Shown here: piece after piece, positions 58,685 to 64,000 of the stretch
Layout of the letters: each line of letters starts with the position of its first letter
How positions within the stretch are numbered: position 1 is the first letter of the stretch
Origin: an uncultured Clavibacter sp.
GTDB lineage: Bacteria; Actinomycetota; Actinomycetes; Nanopelagicales; Nanopelagicaceae
DNA length: 64,000 nucleotides
Reading direction: 5' to 3'
Assembly: GCA_964430775.1 (NCBI GenBank)
Contig: CAYSGG010000001.1
Span: 22,162 to 86,161 of the forward strand
Position numbers and translations under genes: made by a program
The notes under the pieces: model-generated
Told to the model about the DNA's origin: nothing
Seen by the model: only the letters and a program-made list of their open reading frames with translations
Database searches by the model: none

Positions 58685-59668
58685 TTAGGAGTGGCCGTCG
58701 AAAAGACTTGTGACTGATCCATCTTCGAAGACCTCGCGAATTGCTCGGCCCAAGAGTGGCGCAATCGACAGCACAGTCAGATTAGGGAAACGACTCTCTT
58801 CTGGAATTGGCAGAGTGTTTGCTACAACAACTTCGCTGACGCGTGAGTTGCGCAGACGTTCTGCAGCAGGTCCGGAGAAAACAGGATGCGTAGCGGCAAT
58901 GATGACTTCGCGTGCGCCAGCGTCGTAGAGCGCATCGACCGCTTTTGTGATGGTTCCAGCGGTATCGATCATGTCATCGATGACAACGCAGGTCTGGCCA
59001 TCAACTTCTCCGACCACGCGTCCTGTGACTGCTTCATTAGGAATGCGTGGGTCACGAGTCTTATGGATGAAAGCAATCTGTGTGCCACCGAGAAGATCAC
59101 TCCAGCGCTCTGCAACACGTACTCGGCCGGAATCTGGCGAGACAATTGTTAAACGAGAACGATCCACTTTAGAGCCAACGTAATTAGCCAATAGTGGCAA
59201 TGCGAAGAGATGATCGACTGGGCCATCGAAGAATCCTTGAATCTGTGAAGTATGGAGATCAACCGTCATCAAGCGATCTGCGCCAGCGGTCTTGAAGAGA
59301 TCTGCCATGAGTCGCGCAGAGATTGGTTCGCGACCGCGGTGTTTCTTATCTTGACGGGCATATCCATAAAAAGGAGCAATAACTGTGATGCGCTTAGCCG
59401 ATGCTCTCTTGAGTGCATCAACCATGATGAGTTGTTCCATGATCTGCTTATTGACTGGCGCGGTGTGGCTCTGAATAACGAATGCATCGCAACCACGAAC
59501 GCTCTCTTCGAAACGGATGAAGATTTCACCATTGGCAAAGTCATATGCTGACGTTGGGGTGATGGGAACGCCTAATTCGGCTGCGACTTCCTCAGCAAGT
59601 TCGGGATATCCACGCCCGGTGAAAATTCGGAGGCGCTTTTCGGAACTGAGACGGAGTTCGTTACTCAT
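58685..59668 (-). CDS. prs: ribose-phosphate diphosphokinase
   Basis: FANGEIF, YGYARQDKK, VIDDMIDTAGT motifs. Confidence 0.92.
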   Translation of the reverse strand: MSNELRLSSEKRLRIFTGRGYPELAEEVAAELGVPITPTSAYDFANGEIFIRFEESVRGCDAFVIQSHTAPVNKQIMEQLIMVDALKRASAKRITVIAPFYGYARQDKKHRGREPISARLMADLFKTAGADRLMTVDLHTSQIQGFFDGPVDHLFALPLLANYVGSKVDRSRLTIVSPDSGRVRVAERWSDLLGGTQIAFIHKTRDPRIPNEAVTGRVVGEVDGQTCVVIDDMIDTAGTITKAVDALYDAGAREVIIAATHPVFSGPAAERLRNSRVSEVVVANTLPIPEESRFPNLTVLSIAPLLGRAIREVFEDGSVTSLFDGHS

Positions 59669-61104
59669 TTCGACCCTTCCTTCTTGGCAGCAGCGTTTGC
59701 GGATTTTGAACCCTGACGTTTCTTCAATACCCAGCCGAGGATATTAGTTTGCTTTGCACGTCCAATACCAAGTGCTCCCGGTGGAACATCCTCGGTAATA
59801 ACTGACCCAGCTGCGGTATAGGCGCCATCACCAATAGTGACAGGTGCGACCAACATCGAATCGCTTCCAATGCGGACGTGATCTCCGATAACGGTCTGGT
59901 GCTTCTCTACTCCGTCGTAGTTGACCACAACGGTGGCTGCTCCAATATTTGATTCTGTGCCGATAGTTGCATCACCGACATAAGAGAGATGAGGAACTTT
60001 TGATGCTTCCCCAACCCGAGAATTCTTGATTTCGACAAAAGAGCCGACCTTTACATTTGAGGCAAGAACTGTGCCGCCACGCAGGTGTGCAAATGGTCCG
60101 ACTGTCGCATCTGAGCCAATAACACTTGATTCACAATGTGATTCCAGGACATGGGCACCAGATCCAACTTCACAATCGATGAGAGTTGTACGCGGTCCAA
60201 TAACAGCGGATTTACCAATCTTTGTCTTACCTTTGATGGCACAACCTGGTTCGATCCGAACATCAACATCGATTTCTGCGGTGATATCAACCCAGGTGCT
60301 CATGGGGTCCACGAAAGAGACGCCGCTTAACATAAGAGCTTCATTGATGCGACTGTGCATGACATATGTGCAGACCGAGAGCTGAGAACGATCATTAACT
60401 CCGAGAACTTCAGTGAAATCTTCGGTCAATAACGCAGAAACTTTCTTGCCATCTTTCTTGAGGATAGAGATGACATCGGTCAAATACTCCTCTTTCTGGG
60501 AGTTCTGCGATGTCAATCGCGAAATCGCACTGACCAAATCTGCGAGTTCAAAAATATAGACCCCTGAGTTAATCTCAAGAGTCTCTTTTTCTTCCTGATT
60601 TGCATCTCGCTCTTCAACGATCTTTGCCAGGCTCTCATCTTCTTCTCGGATGACTCGCCCATATCCAGAGGGATCAGGCATTATGGTTGTGAGAACGGTT
60701 GCGCTCGATTGTGATGAATTGTGCGATGCAAGAAGTTTCTCAAGCGTTGCTCCACGAAGCAACGGAGTATCCCCCGCACACACCAAGACTGAGCCAGAGC
60801 CTGTAAATGTTTCGAGAGCGATACGAACTGCATGGCCAGTTCCACCACGCACTTCTTGATGGACTGTGGTGGCGGCGGGAGCAATGGTTGATAGGTGAGT
60901 GATTACTTCATCTTTAGATGCGCCGATAACAACGCGAAGTTCTTTCGGTTTAACAGATTGAACAGCATGAAGAACATGTCCGATAAGCGAACGACCAGCA
61001 ATTTCATGGAGGACTTTGGCGCGCGTGGATTTCATTCTGGTGCCCTCGCCTGCGGCGAGAACGATTGCGAGATCCAGCTGGCTCAACTCCCCACCTCTCC
61101 TCAC
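59665..61104 (-). CDS. glmU: bifunctional UDP-N-acetylglucosamine diphosphorylase / glucosamine-1-phosphate N-acetyltransferase
   Basis: LAAGEGTRMKS N-terminus, left-handed beta-helix hexapeptide repeats in the C-terminal half. GTG start. Confidence 0.9.
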   Translation of the reverse strand: MRRGGELSQLDLAIVLAAGEGTRMKSTRAKVLHEIAGRSLIGHVLHAVQSVKPKELRVVIGASKDEVITHLSTIAPAATTVHQEVRGGTGHAVRIALETFTGSGSVLVCAGDTPLLRGATLEKLLASHNSSQSSATVLTTIMPDPSGYGRVIREEDESLAKIVEERDANQEEKETLEINSGVYIFELADLVSAISRLTSQNSQKEEYLTDVISILKKDGKKVSALLTEDFTEVLGVNDRSQLSVCTYVMHSRINEALMLSGVSFVDPMSTWVDITAEIDVDVRIEPGCAIKGKTKIGKSAVIGPRTTLIDCEVGSGAHVLESHCESSVIGSDATVGPFAHLRGGTVLASNVKVGSFVEIKNSRVGEASKVPHLSYVGDATIGTESNIGAATVVVNYDGVEKHQTVIGDHVRIGSDSMLVAPVTIGDGAYTAAGSVITEDVPPGALGIGRAKQTNILGWVLKKRQGSKSANAAAKKEGSK

Positions 61105-61131
61105 GCCATTCTATTTACTGACTTACTCAAG

Positions 61132-61203
61132 CTCCTCCACCAGGTATCGATCCTGGACCCTGGGCTTCAAAGGCCCATGTGCTAGCCACTACACAATGGA
61201 GGA
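61132..61203 (-). tRNA. tRNA-Gln (anticodon UUG)
   Basis: Reverse complement TCCTCCATTGTGTAGTGGCTAGCACATGGGCCTTTGAAGCCCAGGGTCCAGGATCGATACCTGGTGGAGGAG. Anticodon loop CTTTGAA, G73. The T loop reads ATCGATA, so position 54 is A. Confidence 0.85.
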
Positions 61204-61246
61204 ACCTGAATTCTATTAGGTCAGGCTCACTGCTGATGACCGCTGG

Positions 61247-62161
61247 CTAGCTGCTCTCGATTATCCGCGCTCCGGGTACGGGACCTGAGGCGCGAACGAC
61301 ATTGCCTACAACGCCGCTTGATGTGAGGGCTACTACGAGATCAAGCGCGTGATCTTCATTCTCTGCCAAGAATGCAACTGTCGGCCCAGAGCCAGAAACC
61401 AATCCACCGAGCGCTCCATAATCCATACCAACATCAAGAATTAATCGCAGTGCAGGTTTAAGCGAACACGCTGCAGGTTGCAGATCATTAGAGAGAGCCT
61501 TGCCCAAAGCAACTGCATCGCCAGCGCTCAATGCATGCAGCAACGAATCACTCACGTGTGGCGGTGCAACTTGGAGCCCTTCACGTAATCGATCGCATTC
61601 ACTGTAAACAGCAGGTGTCGAGAGTCCAGAACTCGATAATGCAAGAACCCAATTATAAGAACCGCGAGAGAGCACGGGAGTTATCTGATCTCCTCGCCCG
61701 GTGCCGATTGCAGTGCCACCTGAAATCGTGAATGGAATGTCAGCGCCGAGCTCTGCACCGATTCGTTCCATATCATTTCGCTTTAATCCCAATCCAAAAA
61801 GTGAATCAATAGCAACAATGGTGGCTCCAGCATCTGCGCTACCGCCAGCCATACCACCTGCAATGGGAATCTCTTTTGTGAGTGTGATCTCTAATCCATC
61901 AGTGATATCAAACTTCTTCATCATCAGCTCAGCTGCCTTATAGGCAAGATTGTTTTTATCAAGTGGTAAGTAATCGCTGGGTTTTCCGCCAGAGAGAATT
62001 GTGATTCCTGCTCGACTTGAAAACGCAACCTTTACATCATCAAAGATTGAAACTGCTTGAAATACTGTGGCGACTGGGTGATAACCATCGCGTTGCAATG
62101 GGCCGACAGAGAGTTGCAGGTTAATCTTTCCAGGAACGCGCGCAACTACGTGGGACGGCAT
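61247..62161 (-). CDS. ispE: 4-(cytidine 5'-diphospho)-2-C-methyl-D-erythritol kinase
   Basis: PGKINLQL, GHMP-kinase motif IPIAGGMAGGSADAGA. Confidence 0.88.
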   Translation of the reverse strand: MPSHVVARVPGKINLQLSVGPLQRDGYHPVATVFQAVSIFDDVKVAFSSRAGITILSGGKPSDYLPLDKNNLAYKAAELMMKKFDITDGLEITLTKEIPIAGGMAGGSADAGATIVAIDSLFGLGLKRNDMERIGAELGADIPFTISGGTAIGTGRGDQITPVLSRGSYNWVLALSSSGLSTPAVYSECDRLREGLQVAPPHVSDSLLHALSAGDAVALGKALSNDLQPAACSLKPALRLILDVGMDYGALGGLVSGSGPTVAFLAENEDHALDLVVALTSSGVVGNVVRASGPVPGARIIESS

Positions 62162-62187
62162 GTGGTGAGCGTATTACTTTGAAGGGT

Positions 62188-63033
62188 TTAGCGCTCTATT
62201 AGGTGGTTGGCCAGAGCGGCAAAACTCTCGACCGAGAGTGACTCTCCCCTGATAGTTGGTTCAATTCCTGCGGCCGAGAGGGCTTTTTCAGCTTCGCTAG
62301 AGCCCCCATAGATATCGGAATAGATTGCACGGAGCATCTTGCGACGCTGTCCGAAAGCGCGATCTATCAATTCAAAAGTGCGCTCACGAAGCTTCTCATC
62401 ACCCAGCGGTTCGTGACGGACAAATCGAACGAGTGAGGAATCCACATTAGGCACCGGCCAGAAAACGGAACGAGAAACTGAATCAGCCAGTGTCATTTCA
62501 CACCACCATGCAGCTTTTGCGCTGGGAACTCCATAAGTCTTGTTGCCGGGTTTAGCAGCTAAACGTTCTGCTACCTCTGTTTGCACCATTACTACGCCCG
62601 AAGTAATTGAAGGGAATCGCTCCAAAATCGTCAGTAGTACTGGGACAGAGACGTTATAGGGAAGATTGGCCACTAACTTCGTTGGGTTTCCTGGAATGTC
62701 ATGGACTTTCAAAGCATCATTGTTGATGATACTGAGATGTCCTTCTTCAACTCCATGTGATTGTGCAGTGAGAGGAAGTTGTTTGGCAAGACGCTCATCG
62801 ATTTCAATTGCGGTTACATGATGTGCACTTTGTAGTAGAGCTAAGGTGAGCGAACCCAATCCTGGACCAATCTCAACCACATGGTCATCCGCTTCGATGC
62901 CAGCGAGTCGAACAATCTTCTGACATGTATTGCCATCAATAACAAAGTTCTGACCAAGAGACTTTGCTGGATGAAGCTCTAACTGTTTTGCAATCTCACG
63001 TATTTCAGTAGCACCAAGTAGAGAGATGCTCAT
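62188..63033 (-). CDS. rsmA: 16S rRNA (adenine1518/1519-N6)-dimethyltransferase
   Basis: LGQNFV, VVEIGPGLGSLT, ANLPYNVS motifs. Confidence 0.9.
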   Translation of the reverse strand: MSISLLGATEIREIAKQLELHPAKSLGQNFVIDGNTCQKIVRLAGIEADDHVVEIGPGLGSLTLALLQSAHHVTAIEIDERLAKQLPLTAQSHGVEEGHLSIINNDALKVHDIPGNPTKLVANLPYNVSVPVLLTILERFPSITSGVVMVQTEVAERLAAKPGNKTYGVPSAKAAWWCEMTLADSVSRSVFWPVPNVDSSLVRFVRHEPLGDEKLRERTFELIDRAFGQRRKMLRAIYSDIYGGSSEAEKALSAAGIEPTIRGESLSVESFAALANHLIER

Positions 63034-63890
63034 GGCCTGAAGGATCCAAAGATGCGCTCTGCGTTAGCGCTGATGGCGCCAGTCATGGTCGAAAGATCCT
63101 CACCGCGTTCAGCGGCGATAAATCGCAGGATGTTGGGAATCTGAGCCGGAGTATTGAGAGAACCGCGATGAGGCATCGGGGCTAAAAATGGCGAATCGGT
63201 CTCAACTAAGAGTTGATTGATGGGTACAAGCTTTACTGCTTCGCGTAATTGTGGGGCATTTTTGAATGTAACGGTCCCTGCAAAGGAGAGCACATACCCC
63301 TTCTCGATGCACTCTTCAGCCATGAGGGCATCGCCCGAATAGCAGTGAAAGATCGTCACTGGAGGCGCACCAACCTCGTCCAGCACATCAAGAACTGCGC
63401 GGTGCGCATCACGATCATGAATGACAAGAGCCTTGTCATGCTTCTTAGCAATCTCTATATGGCGTTTGAAAGAGTACTTCTGCTTATCTTGTAATGCAGG
63501 TTCGGTACGGAAGAAATCTAATCCCGTTTCACCAATAGCTCTCACACGTGGATGACTTGCGAGACTTTCGATTACCTCTAAGTCAGCTTCTAAATCTTCT
63601 ACGACTGGTGCTTCGTTAGGATGAAGAGCAACTGCGGCCAATACTTGTGTGTTCCACTTCTCTGCACATCGAACCGACCATTTAGATTGTTCTGCGGAAT
63701 ATCCCACTTGAACAATTCGATCAATTCCAACACTTGCTGCTTCATCCAGCACGCGCTTAATTGCAGGATCATCAGGTTCAGTATTGGTGACAATTTCAAG
63801 ATGCGCATGAGAATCAACGCAGGTCACAGGCAGAGCTTCAGGTAGAGGCGCAGGCTGGCGATCAAGATCTCGATTGTGTCGATCAGCCAT
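63030..63890 (-). CDS. TatD family metal-dependent hydrolase
   Basis: DSHAHL, AIGETGLD, IHDRDAH, ETDSPFL motifs. ATGA-type overlap with rsmA. Confidence 0.85.
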   Translation of the reverse strand: MADRHNRDLDRQPAPLPEALPVTCVDSHAHLEIVTNTEPDDPAIKRVLDEAASVGIDRIVQVGYSAEQSKWSVRCAEKWNTQVLAAVALHPNEAPVVEDLEADLEVIESLASHPRVRAIGETGLDFFRTEPALQDKQKYSFKRHIEIAKKHDKALVIHDRDAHRAVLDVLDEVGAPPVTIFHCYSGDALMAEECIEKGYVLSFAGTVTFKNAPQLREAVKLVPINQLLVETDSPFLAPMPHRGSLNTPAQIPNILRFIAAERGEDLSTMTGAISANAERIFGSFRP

Positions 63891-63898
63891 AAATCAAT

Positions 63899-64000
63899 TT
63901 AGCTCTCGAGTTCAGGCAAACGTGGAAAAAGAATGTCGCCTTTAGAGATTCTTGTTCCTGGTTTGAGTTGGCCCCATGTCGAAACCTTTGAAATTTGTTG
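63899..64000 (-). CDS. metG: methionine--tRNA ligase, C-terminal fragment (5' end outside window)
   Basis: Minus-strand frame ending ...TWGQLKPGTRISKGDILFPRLPELES-TAA resembles actinobacterial MetRS C-termini. Position upstream of tatD fits the usual synteny. Only about 33 codons are visible. Confidence 0.55.
   Translation of the reverse strand, partial: QQISKVSTWGQLKPGTRISKGDILFPRLPELES

Overview
Dense, mostly core chromosomal segment of an actinobacterium, identified by WhiB7, a SigH/RsrA-type redox sigma pair, NiSOD and UPF0182. GC looks moderate by eye (not computed), and many start/stop overlaps point to a streamlined genome. I call about 70 CDS and 3 tRNAs (initiator Met, Gln, and an odd one with anticodon UAA). 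I saw no rRNA, CRISPR array, transposase or integrase. Gene order, as I recall it, matches two Mycobacterium tuberculosis blocks. Block 1 is UPF0182 / PDZ-Lon protease / zincin-like / ABC1 kinase / whiB7 / uvrD2 / nudC. Block 2 is metG / tatD / rsmA / ispE / glmU / prs / rplY / pth / mfd / mazG / eno / ftsB-like / DUF501 / ppx. Other housekeeping genes are sucA, sodN/sodX, aroA, rsgA, typA, ychF, rmuC, ispH, xseAB, class I fumarase, phoH2, a uppS-family gene, greA and ppc. No clear novel multi-gene system is visible. The things worth a second look are: (1) a canonical class-I cloverleaf tRNA carrying a Leu-type UAA anticodon; (2) a translationally coupled two-gene phage-like pair (Gam/Gp157-like plus Rad52-like SSAP signature) wedged between core genes; (3) an orphan RRE + E1/ThiF-like scaffold protein with no YcaO partner, next to a small zinc-ribbon protein; (4) a complete whiB7 control region (AT-rich site, promoter, near-leaderless uORF, antiterminator/terminator); (5) a SigR/SigH-type GGAAT-N18-GTT promoter filling the whole gap upstream of sigH; (6) a candidate structured sRNA in the 226-nt gap at about 16.1-16.25 kb; (7) an MFS transporter whose first transmembrane helix is encoded upstream of any canonical start codon. 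All functional calls come from motif recognition by eye. No database search was run.
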